A DNA stretch of 64,000 nt from an uncultured Chloroflexia bacterium (lineage in GTDB: Bacteria > Chloroflexota > Limnocylindria > Limnocylindrales > CSP1-4), in assembly GCA_963707215.1 (NCBI GenBank), contig CAVPPB010000003.1, forward strand, positions 1,376,001-1,440,000, given 5' to 3'. Under the pieces are notes generated by a model. It was not told the origin of the DNA and did no database searches. It saw nothing but the letters and a program-made list of their open reading frames with translations. Below are positions 9,555 to 18,223 of this stretch, one piece after another. The translations under genes were made by a program, and so were the position numbers. Each line of letters begins with the position of its first letter. Positions within the stretch are counted from its first letter, which is position 1.

Positions 9555-10818
9555 GGGGGCAGATGCGGCAGCGGACCGTCAGGGACAGCCGAGCGGCCCG
9601 CGGTTCGTCGACTGCCGCCGCGGAGCCATCGATCGGCTGGCCCGGACGACTGCTGCTGATCGCTCTGCTGGCTGGCGGCACGTTCATCGGTGTCGCCTGG
9701 GCATTCGACCCGTTCGCGCTCCTCTTCTGGGCATCGTACGCCTCGACCGCAGCCCTCCTCATCGTTCGGCGACCCCGGAACGTCATCGGCTGGCTGTTGC
9801 TCGCGATCGCGTTCGGGTTCATCGGAACCACGTCGCGACCCGAGATCGACCTGGCCGCGCTGGAGCAGGGCGTCGGGGCGATCGGCGACGAGCTATGGAT
9901 GTGGGTCGGAAGCTGGGTCGGCGCCGCGACCTTCATCGGCTTCTTCACGTTGATGCTCGTGTTCCCGAGCGGTCGGCTTCCTGGCGGGCGCTGGCGCCGA
10001 CCGTCGATGGCGCTGATCACGGTCGGGAGCCTCGTCGTCGTCCTGGCCGCCTTCGCGCCGACCGTCACGTTCAGTCCCGATGGCGGCAGCGCCGAGATCG
10101 TCGCTCCCAACCCGGTCGCCATCCTTCCCGACCTGCCGATCTGGTCGATCGTCCCGAACAGTGGTGCCGTGACGATCGTTCCGATCCTGGTCCTGCTGCC
10201 GATCGGCGTCGTCACGTTGGCCATGCGCTACCGACGGTCAAGCGGCGCCTTGAAGCTCCAGCTGCGCTGGCTGGTCGCGGCCGTTGCCTTCATGGTCGGG
10301 GCGGTCGTGGCAGGCCTGACGATGCTGGCCATCGCCGGCGAGGACGCATGGTACGCATGGGTCCCGGCGATCATCGCCTACCCGACCGTACCCATCGCCA
10401 TCGGCATCGCGGTCCTCCGGTACCGGCTGTACGAGATCGACCGGCTCATCAGCCGGACGATCGGCTGGGCGATCGTGACGGGACTGCTGGTGGGAGCCTT
10501 CGCCCTCCTGGTGCTGGGGCTCCAGGCCGTCGTCGAGCCGCTCACCGGCGGCAACACCCTGGCCATCGCCGGCTCGACCCTCGTCGTGGCGGCCCTCTTC
10601 AACCCGGTCCGCACCCGGGTCCAGCGGGCGGTCGACCGCCGCTTCGACCGTTCCCGGTACGACGGCGAGCGCCTCCTGGCCGCCTTCGGGGAGCGGCTGC
10701 GCGACGAGGTGGACCTCACGACGATCTCCGCCGACGTCCTCGCCACCGTCGATGCCGCGGTCCGACCGACCGCTGCCGGCATCTGGCTGCGGGAGCGATC
10801 GGGGGGCGGAGGGTGAGG
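9340..10818 (+). repeat. ~215-bp near-identical direct repeat: 3' ends of paralogs 4 (about 9340-9556) and 5 (about 10602-10818)
   Basis: Direct comparison shows only isolated substitutions and the identity runs through the stop (…gagcgatcggggggcggagggtgagg). Confidence 0.85.
9563..10816 (+). CDS. multi-pass membrane sensor-like protein, paralog 5
   Basis: ATG after GAGGGG (alternative GTG at 9551); RRPRNVIGWLL, FPSGRLPGGRWR, KLQLRWL and the shared tail. Confidence 0.8.
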   Translation: MRQRTVRDSRAARGSSTAAAEPSIGWPGRLLLIALLAGGTFIGVAWAFDPFALLFWASYASTAALLIVRRPRNVIGWLLLAIAFGFIGTTSRPEIDLAALEQGVGAIGDELWMWVGSWVGAATFIGFFTLMLVFPSGRLPGGRWRRPSMALITVGSLVVVLAAFAPTVTFSPDGGSAEIVAPNPVAILPDLPIWSIVPNSGAVTIVPILVLLPIGVVTLAMRYRRSSGALKLQLRWLVAAVAFMVGAVVAGLTMLAIAGEDAWYAWVPAIIAYPTVPIAIGIAVLRYRLYEIDRLISRTIGWAIVTGLLVGAFALLVLGLQAVVEPLTGGNTLAIAGSTLVVAALFNPVRTRVQRAVDRRFDRSRYDGERLLAAFGERLRDEVDLTTISADVLATVDAAVRPTAAGIWLRERSGGGG

Positions 10819-10824
10819 ACGCTT

Positions 10825-10857
10825 CGTAACGGGTCCCGGACGGTCGACTGGTGGACT
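10825..10857 (+). promoter_or_regulatory. putative SARP-type box plus -10-like TGGACT
   Basis: CGTAACG GGTC CCGGACG, 9 nt, TGGACT; upstream of the secreted protein gene. Confidence 0.5.
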
Positions 10858-10900
10858 GCGTCCAGGCAGACCGCCGGAGGGACCACCACAGGAGGCCACC

Positions 10901-11314
10901 ATGCGCCGCGTCCTCGCTCGCTCGATCCTCATCGGGTCGATCGCCGCAACCACCCTGGCAGGGACCGCCCTGGGCCACGAGTGCTTCATCTACAGCCGGT
11001 CGGACACCGGCGACCTCGCCGCGGGCAGCCACTCGAAGGTCTGGCTGACCGTCGGCTCCACGGCCGACATCTTCCTGCTCGTCGAGGAGGAGCTCCAGCT
11101 GCCGCCGCTCTCACCCTCGCAGCTCGATTGGGCGGTCGACGCCGGGAAGGCGGCGGGCCTGCCGAACCAGTTCACGATCTTCATCGGCAAGAAGACGATC
11201 GCCGAGGGCACCCCGGCGATGGAGAAGCATGCCGCCGACGGCAGGGGCGTCGATCACGCCTTCGATTGGCTGCCGGTCGTCGTCGACATCTACTTCCAGG
11301 CGCTCGCGCACTGA
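10901..11314 (+). CDS. secreted hypothetical protein
   Basis: AGGAGG RBS; signal peptide MRRVLARSILIGSIAATTLAGTALG followed by HECF. Confidence 0.8.
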   Translation: MRRVLARSILIGSIAATTLAGTALGHECFIYSRSDTGDLAAGSHSKVWLTVGSTADIFLLVEEELQLPPLSPSQLDWAVDAGKAAGLPNQFTIFIGKKTIAEGTPAMEKHAADGRGVDHAFDWLPVVVDIYFQALAH

Positions 11315-11495
11315 CCGAGCCTGACCCCCGGGCCCGGGCGGGCCGGCTGCCCAGCCGAGCGTCCCGTCCGTCCGGGCCCACGCCACCTCCAGCGTCCGCC
11401 GGATCGTCCTTCCGGCGGACGCGTCGCGTCCACGCGGGCCCGATGTCGACCACCACCACCGACCGCGTGACGGATCGTCCCGATGACCCTTGGAC

Positions 11496-11513
11496 CGTAA
11501 CGCTTCCCGGACG
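11496..11513 (+). promoter_or_regulatory. fifth copy of the CGTAACG-N4-CCGGACG motif
   Basis: CGTAACGCTTCCCGGACG directly before the RBS of the PP2C gene. Confidence 0.5.
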
Positions 11514-11534
11514 CACAGGGAGGAACCTCCGGCC

Positions 11535-13247
11535 ATGACGTTCATCCAGTCGCTGCGCCGCACGGTCGGACTCGGCGGTCGATCCGCCCCGGAGCCCGAC
11601 GCCTCCAGCGAGCCCGACGAGGGAGCCTCGGCGGCCGAGGCCCAGGTCGATGGCGTCCCGGCGGAGCCGGAGGCACCGGCGGGGTCCGCCGGGATCGGCC
11701 CGGTCGAGATCGCCCCCGACGACCCGCTGCTCGCGCTGCTCCAGTCCACCGACGGCGTGATCGACGTCGACCGGGTCACGATCGACTCGCCCGCCCTGGA
11801 CGCTCTCCGCGCGCAGGGCATCGCCGTCATCGTCCCGCTCGTCGCCCAGGGCGAGCTCGTCGGGGCGCTGTACCTGGGTGAGCGCCTGTCGGAGCAGGAC
11901 TACTCGACCGACGACCGTCGACTGCTCGCCTCGCTCGCCGCCCGCACAGCCCCGGCGATCCGCGTCGCCCAGCTGGTCCGCGAGCAGGCCACCGAGGTCG
12001 CCGCGCGCGAGCGCATCGAGCAGGAGCTCCAGGTCGCGACCCTCATCCAGCAGCAGTTCCTGCCCCGGAGCCTGCCGGAGCTCCCCGACTGGCAGGTCGC
12101 GGCGTACTACGGCCCGGCGCGCGCCGTCGGCGGCGACTTCTACGACTTCATCGAGCTGCCCGACGGGCGCATCGGCGTCGTCGTCGGCGACGTGACCGAC
12201 AAGGGCGTCCCGGCCGCCCTGGTCATGGCTCGGACCCACTCGGTCCTGCGGGCCGAGGCGCCGCGCCTCATCGAGCCGGGAGCGGTGCTCGCGCGGGCGA
12301 ACGACATCCTCTGCGAGGAGATGCCGTCGAACATGTTCGTCACCTGCCTCTACGGCGTCCTCGAGCCGACCACGGGTCGCTTCGTCTTCGCCAACGCCGG
12401 GCACAACCTTCCGTACGTCCGGTCCGCGGGCACGGTCGACGAGCTGCGGGCGACCGGGATGCCGCTCGGCCTGCTGCCGGGGATGGCGTACGAGGAGGCC
12501 GAGGGAACGATCGAGGGCGGCCAGGGCCTCCTCCTCTACTCGGACGGGTTCGTGGAGGCCCACTCGCCGACCGGCGAGATGTACGGCTTCCCGCGGCTCC
12601 GGGACGCCTACGGCGCCTTCGACGGCGACACTGGCAGCGAGCTGGTGGATCGGCTGCTCGACGACCTCCACGGCTTCACCGGCGGCGGCTGGGAGCAGGA
12701 GGACGACCTGACGCTGGTCGCCCTGCGGCGATCGCGCGGCACGGGCTTCGAGGCCCTGGCCGACGAGACCGATGCGGCCGACGCGGCCGACCCTGTGGCC
12801 ACCGCGGCGAGCGTCCGCGCCCTCCTCGACCTGGAGGTCCCCGGCGCCCTCGGCAACGAGCGGATCGCCATGGACCGGGTCGCCGAGGCGGTCGCTCCCC
12901 TCGGGCTTCCCGCGGACCGCCTCGAGCGACTCAAGACGGCGGTCTCCGAGGCGGCGATGAACGCCATCGAGCACGGCAGCCAGGGCCGGCCGGAGGTCCC
13001 TATCCGGGTCCACGTGTCGGCGACCGACGCTGCGCTCCGGGTCCGGGTCGCCGACATGGGCCTGGGCGGCGACATCCCCCTGGGCTCGGCTGAGGTCCCG
13101 GACCTGGAGGCGAAGCTGGCCGGCGAGCAGAAGCCGCGCGGCTGGGGCCTCTTCCTGATCGAAGCGATGGTCGACGAGATGGCCGTCGAGCAGACCGACG
13201 AGGGCCAGGCGGTCGTCCTGACCCTCCACCTGAAGGGAGCGTCCTGA
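11535..13247 (+). CDS. RsbU/SpoIIE-type PP2C phosphatase with N-terminal partial GAF and C-terminal RsbW-like HATPase_c
   Basis: VPLVAQGELVGALYLG (GAF); VGGDFYDF, VVGDVTDKGVPAAL, NAGHN, LLYSDG, EDDLT (PP2C); EAAMNAIEHG, DMG, RGWGLFLI (anti-sigma kinase). Confidence 0.9.
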   Translation: MTFIQSLRRTVGLGGRSAPEPDASSEPDEGASAAEAQVDGVPAEPEAPAGSAGIGPVEIAPDDPLLALLQSTDGVIDVDRVTIDSPALDALRAQGIAVIVPLVAQGELVGALYLGERLSEQDYSTDDRRLLASLAARTAPAIRVAQLVREQATEVAARERIEQELQVATLIQQQFLPRSLPELPDWQVAAYYGPARAVGGDFYDFIELPDGRIGVVVGDVTDKGVPAALVMARTHSVLRAEAPRLIEPGAVLARANDILCEEMPSNMFVTCLYGVLEPTTGRFVFANAGHNLPYVRSAGTVDELRATGMPLGLLPGMAYEEAEGTIEGGQGLLLYSDGFVEAHSPTGEMYGFPRLRDAYGAFDGDTGSELVDRLLDDLHGFTGGGWEQEDDLTLVALRRSRGTGFEALADETDAADAADPVATAASVRALLDLEVPGALGNERIAMDRVAEAVAPLGLPADRLERLKTAVSEAAMNAIEHGSQGRPEVPIRVHVSATDAALRVRVADMGLGGDIPLGSAEVPDLEAKLAGEQKPRGWGLFLIEAMVDEMAVEQTDEGQAVVLTLHLKGAS

Positions 13248-13594
13248 TGGAGGGCGTCATGACGGCACTGACGAGCCGGGTCGAAGCCGGCCCCGAGACG
13301 GGACGGATCGTCCTCGCGGGACGGCTCGACCGGGAGGGCGACGCTGTCCTGGCCTCGGCCTACGCAGAGGCGACGGCGGCCGGCGCCGCGGAGCTGGAGA
13401 TCGACTTCGGCGACGTCGCCTACATCAACAGCACGGGCATCGCGCTCGTCGTCCGGCTGCTGGCCGAGGCCCGCCGCGACGGGCGCCCGGTCCGCGCCAC
13501 GGGCCTGTCCGACCACTACCGGGAGATCTTCCGGATCACCCGGCTGTCCGACTTCATGACGATCGTGGACGACGAGCCAGGAGGTGAGCGATGA
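13247..13594 (+). CDS. STAS-domain anti-sigma factor antagonist
   Basis: IDFGDVAYINSTGIALVV...IFRITRL. Confidence 0.9.
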   Translation: MEGVMTALTSRVEAGPETGRIVLAGRLDREGDAVLASAYAEATAAGAAELEIDFGDVAYINSTGIALVVRLLAEARRDGRPVRATGLSDHYREIFRITRLSDFMTIVDDEPGGER

Positions 13595-13935
13595 CGGCGA
13601 CGACGGTGCAGGTCGAGTCGCGGGGCGACACGGCGATCCTCCGCATCGGCGGCGATGTGACCGCCGCCAGCGACGGAGCGTTCAGCGAAGCGTACGCGAC
13701 CGCGACCGACGGCGGAGCCCGGGCCCTGGTCCTCGACTTCTCCGGCATGGAGTACATGAACAGCGGCGGGATCGGGCTGCTCGTGACGATGCTCGTCCGG
13801 ACCCAGCGGGCCGGCCAGCGACTCCTCGCCGCCGGTCTGTCCGAGCACTACTGCCAGATCCTCTCGCTCACCCGCCTCGACGAGGCGATCGCGATCCACG
13901 ACACGACCGACGCCGCGCTGGCGGCGACGGCGTAG
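13591..13935 (+). CDS. STAS-domain anti-sigma factor antagonist
   Basis: LDFSGMEYMNSGGIGLLV...ILSLTRL; ATGA overlap. Confidence 0.9.
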   Translation: MTATTVQVESRGDTAILRIGGDVTAASDGAFSEAYATATDGGARALVLDFSGMEYMNSGGIGLLVTMLVRTQRAGQRLLAAGLSEHYCQILSLTRLDEAIAIHDTTDAALAATA

Positions 13936-13945
13936 GAGGCCAGCC

Positions 13946-14782
13946 ATGACGACGCAGGACGCGACCCCCGACGGCCCCGGCGCGACCGTCGATCCTGTTC
14001 CCGAGTCCAGCCCCGCCGGATCCGCGGCGACCCCCGAGCGCGCGACGATCGCGACGCCGGCCCCTGCTCGCGATCCGGGCACGACCTGGGCCAAGCCGGT
14101 CGACCGCCTGACGATGGGCGAGGTCCCCGCGTCGGCGATCAACCTGAACGTCTCCGGCAAGCGGCTCTCCGGGCCCCTCCAGGGGTTCGGTCAGCTGTGG
14201 CAGAAGACCTATCGGATCCGCTTCGAAGGCGCCGCGCCGACGCCGCAGGAGGTGATCGCCACCTGGAAGCGCGAATTCGGCTCGTTCTGGCCGTCGAACG
14301 CCCACTTCTACGCGCCGTTCGCCGAGATCGCCCCCGGCGAGGTCGGGCTCATCAACCAGGACGTCGCCGGCGGTCAGACCCTCTCGACCGGGGTCATGGT
14401 CATCTACGCCGACGACGAGTCCTTCACCTTCATGACCCCGGAAGGCCACGTCTTCGCGGCCTGGATCACCTTCAGCGCCGACCGCGACGCCGAAGGCGCG
14501 ACGAGTGCCCAGGTCCAGGCGCTCGTCCGGGCGAGCGACCCCATCTTCGAGACCCTGCTGATGACCGGCGGTCACGGCCAGGAGAACCGGCACTGGGAGA
14601 CGACGCTGTCGAACCTCGCCGCCCGCTTCGGCGCCACCGGGACGCCGACGACCGAGGCGGTCTGCGTCGATCGGAAGCGCCAGTGGCGCCATGTCGGCAA
14701 CATCCGCCACAACTCGGCCATCCGGTCCGGGATCTGGACGATGACGCACCCACGGAGCATGTTCCGGCGCCCGAAGGCGTGA
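13946..14782 (+). CDS. conserved hypothetical protein co-operonic with the partner-switching genes
   Basis: AGGAGG RBS; globular composition (GPLQGFGQLWQKTY, TFMTPEGHVFAAWITFS). Confidence 0.75.
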   Translation: MTTQDATPDGPGATVDPVPESSPAGSAATPERATIATPAPARDPGTTWAKPVDRLTMGEVPASAINLNVSGKRLSGPLQGFGQLWQKTYRIRFEGAAPTPQEVIATWKREFGSFWPSNAHFYAPFAEIAPGEVGLINQDVAGGQTLSTGVMVIYADDESFTFMTPEGHVFAAWITFSADRDAEGATSAQVQALVRASDPIFETLLMTGGHGQENRHWETTLSNLAARFGATGTPTTEAVCVDRKRQWRHVGNIRHNSAIRSGIWTMTHPRSMFRRPKA

Positions 14783-14824
14783 CGGCGGTCGCCGGGCCGC
14801 GGTCCCGGATGGGATGATGCGGCC

Positions 14825-16265
14825 GTGACCGCCGACTCCCAGCTCGACGCCGTCGTCGTCGGCTCGGGCCCGAACGGGCTCGCCGCCGCCATCACCCTGG
14901 CCCGTTCCGGACTCGCCGTCCGCGTCTACGAGGCGGCCGGGACCGCCGGCGGCGGCATCCGCTCCGAGGCGCTCACCCTGCCCGGGTTCGTCCACGACCC
15001 GTGCACGACCGTCGTCGCCACGACGCTCGCGTCGCCGTTCCTCGGCTCGCTCGACCTGGCCGGGCGCGGCGTGGAGATCGTCCAGCCCGAGGCCCCGGCC
15101 GGCCATGCCCTCGACGGCGGCCGGGCCGCCATCCTCGAGCGCTCGGTGGAGGCGACGGCCGACGGCCTGGGGATCGACGGGCCCGCCTACCGCCGCCTGA
15201 TGGGCCCCCTCGTCCGCGACGCCGACCGGATCCTGCCCTGGGTCCTGGGTCGGCCGTTCAGCCTCCCGCGCCACCCGCTCGCCCTCGCCCGCTTCGGCAT
15301 CCCTGCGCTTGCCTCGTCCACGCTCCTGGGCCGGCTGTTCCGCGAGGACCGGGGCCCGGCGATCCTGGGGGCGCTCTCTGCGCACGCCTCGATCCCGCTC
15401 CGGCAACCGGCGACGGCGTCCTTCGGGCTCGTCCTCGGGTTCGCCGCCCACGCGGTCGGCTGGCCCGTGGTCCGGGGCGGCTCGCAGGGCCTCGCCGACG
15501 CCCTCGTGGCGGAAGTGCGTGACCTCGGCGGCGAGGTCGTGACCGGGACGGAGGTGACCTCGCTCGACGAGCTGCCGCCGGCCCGCGCCACGCTGCTCGA
15601 CGTCACCCCGCGCCAGCTCCTGAGGATCGGCGGCGACCGACTCCCGGACGGCTATCGGCGGGCCCTGGAGCGGTTCCGCTACGGCCCCGGCGTCTGCAAG
15701 GTGGACTACGCGCTCGACGGCCCGATCCCCTGGGCGAACGGGGAGCCTGGACCGGGTCGGGACGGTCCACCTGGGCGGGTCGCTGGCCGAGGTCGAGGCG
15801 TCCGAGCGAGCGGTCAACCGCGGCCGGATGCCGGAGCGGCCCTTCGTCATCGTCGTCCAGGCGACCCGCTTCGACCCGAGCCGGGCCCCGGAGGGCAGGC
15901 ACACGGCCTGGGCCTACGCCCACGTCCCCCACGGCTACCCGGCCGACGCCAGCGTCGAGCTGGAGGCGCAGCTCGAGCGGTTCGCGCCGGGCTTCCGGGA
16001 CCGGATCCTCGCGAAGACCGTCCGGACCGCGCCCCAGCTCGAGGCCTACGACCCGAACTACGTCGGCGGGGACATCGGCGGCGGGGCCCAGGATCTCCGC
16101 CAGCTCTTCACCCGGCCGGTCGCCCGCTGGGATCCGTACTCGACGCCCGTCCGGGGGCTCTACCTCTGCTCGTCGTCCACGCCGCCGGGCGGCGGGGCCC
16201 ACGGGATGTGCGGCCACCTCGCGGCCGGCTCGGCGCTGCGGCGGGAGTTCGGCCTTCGGGCCTGA
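14825..16265 (+). CDS. phytoene dehydrogenase-like FAD-dependent oxidoreductase (frameshifted near 15745)
   Basis: DAVVVGSGPNGLAAA Rossmann motif in the 14825 frame; LYLCSSSTPPGGGAHGMCG in the 15828-16265 frame. Confidence 0.85.
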
Positions 16266-16337
16266 GGATGCGGGCGCCGGCGGGTGAGCCGTCCGCGGCC
16301 GCGCGCCCCGTCGCCGGCTGCGTACCGTCGTCGGCCG

Positions 16338-17621
16338 CTAGCGGACCGTGATCGAGCCCACCCCGCCGCGGAGCTCCAGCTCGACCTTGTGCTCGGCGCC
16401 CTCGAACTCCGGCGACGTCCAGCCGCCCTGGGCGTCGCGCGGGAAGCGGACCGCGTCCACGTCGGTGGAGCCAAGGGCCATCGATGAGCGGATCCGTGCG
16501 GCGACCCCGACCGGCACCCTGAACTTGAGGGCCGCGGCGCCGCCCTCGGCGAAGACCCGGGTCAGGCCGGCTGCGGCCGGAAGGGTGACCGCGGTGTCGG
16601 CCGCGCCCGTCTGGACCCGCAGCTCGGCCACGCGCAGCGACGAGAGATCCGCCTCGGTCTTGGATGCCCCGGTCTTGACGGTCAGCCGCAGCGGCACCTC
16701 GGCGGTCAGGCCCAGGTGCCACTCGAACGGCGCGCGGTCCCACGACGTGTTCCAGATGCGCTCGCCGGGCGTGCTCAGGGTCACCTGCCCTGGGCCGCGG
16801 TCCTCCCGCTTGACGCCGCCCCGGAACGACCCGTCGAGCAGGTTCCCAGGCGCGGCCTGTCCGACGATCCGGAGCGTCCCGGCCCCGAAGTTCAGGATGA
16901 CGTCGGCCTCCCGTGCCCCACCGAGCGGGATCGCCGCGGGCACGGCATCCTCCGAGGCGGCCTGGCTCGCGGCTGCCCCGGCGGCCGCGGCCGCCCCTGC
17001 TGCGCCCGCGGTACCGGGCCCGGCACCGCGTCCCGGCGCTCCGGCCGTCGCCCAAGACGCCCCGGTCAGGTCGGGCTCCGGGAAGAAGTACGGCCAGATG
17101 AAGGCGCTCAGCAGCACGACGACCCCGATGCCGACGATCACCAGCGGGGCGACGTAGCTGACGAGGTCGGTATCGGCGCGCCCGGAGAGATCCCAGACTC
17201 CCTCCACGAGGACGAGCCCGACCAGGAAGAGCACGATCCCGGCCATCAGCCCGCCAAGGCCGTCGCGGAACGTCTTCGCCCGCCAGGTCACGATCCCGTA
17301 CAGGGTCAGCCCGAGGCCGACGCCACCGGGCGCCACCAGGGCCCAGGCGTAGAACCAGGAGACGAACCCGGCGAGCTCGCGCTGTGCGTAGAGAACGACC
17401 CCGAGCATGAAGACAAGCCCACCGAACCCGGCGAAGCCGGTCCCCCGCTCCCCGCCGAGCCCGACGCCGAGCAGGAAGAGCGCGGCGCCGATGACGATGG
17501 GCCAGGTGAGGAAGTCGAGGCGGATGTCAGTGAACTGGCCGACGAGCAGGAGCGCGCCGATGGCGACGAGGATCGCGCCGACGATGACGGCGCCGCGCGT
17601 CTGGCCCGAGTTGGTCTGCAT
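16338..17621 (-). CDS. membrane protein, LiaF-like TM region plus DUF2154/toast-rack-like C-terminal domain
   Basis: N-terminal TM helices; C-terminal GAGTLRI...TGASKTEADLSSLRV...GGVGSITVR beta-repeat pattern. Confidence 0.75.
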   Translation of the reverse strand: MQTNSGQTRGAVIVGAILVAIGALLLVGQFTDIRLDFLTWPIVIGAALFLLGVGLGGERGTGFAGFGGLVFMLGVVLYAQRELAGFVSWFYAWALVAPGGVGLGLTLYGIVTWRAKTFRDGLGGLMAGIVLFLVGLVLVEGVWDLSGRADTDLVSYVAPLVIVGIGVVVLLSAFIWPYFFPEPDLTGASWATAGAPGRGAGPGTAGAAGAAAAAGAAASQAASEDAVPAAIPLGGAREADVILNFGAGTLRIVGQAAPGNLLDGSFRGGVKREDRGPGQVTLSTPGERIWNTSWDRAPFEWHLGLTAEVPLRLTVKTGASKTEADLSSLRVAELRVQTGAADTAVTLPAAAGLTRVFAEGGAAALKFRVPVGVAARIRSSMALGSTDVDAVRFPRDAQGGWTSPEFEGAEHKVELELRGGVGSITVR

Positions 17622-17795
17622 GGTCCCTCTCCGCGGATCGCGCGATCTCCGCCTGGCCGGCGACCCGACGCATCGATGCTACGACCGCCGTCGAGGTGTC
17701 CCTCCATCCGGCCGACCCCTGCCCGATGGGCCGATGGTCACCGCGAGGTCACCCCCCAACATCAGCCGGCGGTCGGTCGTCGCGCGTCCGCCGGA

Positions 17796-18161
17796 TCAGC
17801 TGACGCAGAACTCGTTGCCCTCCGGATCGGTCATGACCGTCCAGCGGAAGTCCCCGAGGGACCGCTCGGCGATGACCGAGGCACCGAGGCCCCGGAGATG
17901 CTCGACCTCGGCCGCCATGTCCTCGGAGGCGAAGTCGAGGTGGACGCGGTTCTTGACGACCTTGCCCTCGGGCACCTTCTGGAACAGCAGCGGCAGGGGG
18001 CGCGGCCCATCGCCGGTCCGCTGGTCGGGCGGCGGGACGAGCGCGACGAACTGCTCGTTCATGTCGCGGCGCTCCCAGCCGCCCAGCGCGGCCGACCAGA
18101 ATCCCGTAACGACGTCGTGATCGGCGCAGTCGATGACGACCTCGGTCTGGCGCAGGCCCAT
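17796..18161 (-). CDS. VOC/glyoxalase family protein
   Basis: VVIDCAD...FW, FQKVPEGKVVKNRVHLD, DPEGNEFCV. Confidence 0.9.
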   Translation of the reverse strand: MGLRQTEVVIDCADHDVVTGFWSAALGGWERRDMNEQFVALVPPPDQRTGDGPRPLPLLFQKVPEGKVVKNRVHLDFASEDMAAEVEHLRGLGASVIAERSLGDFRWTVMTDPEGNEFCVS

Positions 18162-18223
18162 GGCTCCCTCCCGCTGGCGATGCTCGCTGTCGTCCGAGGG
18201 TAGCGACCCGAGGCCGCGCGCGT

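Noticed and set aside
662-10816. Paralog array as a diversity-generating retroelement or shufflon
   Set aside because: No reverse transcriptase or invertase gene is present, no adenine-specific mismatch pattern is seen, and all copies are in the same orientation.
4853-11513. CGTAAC motifs as integron attC sites
   Set aside because: There is no consistent complementary GTTRRRY end or hairpin and no integrase. The 11-bp direct-repeat plus -10 geometry fits a transcription-factor site better.
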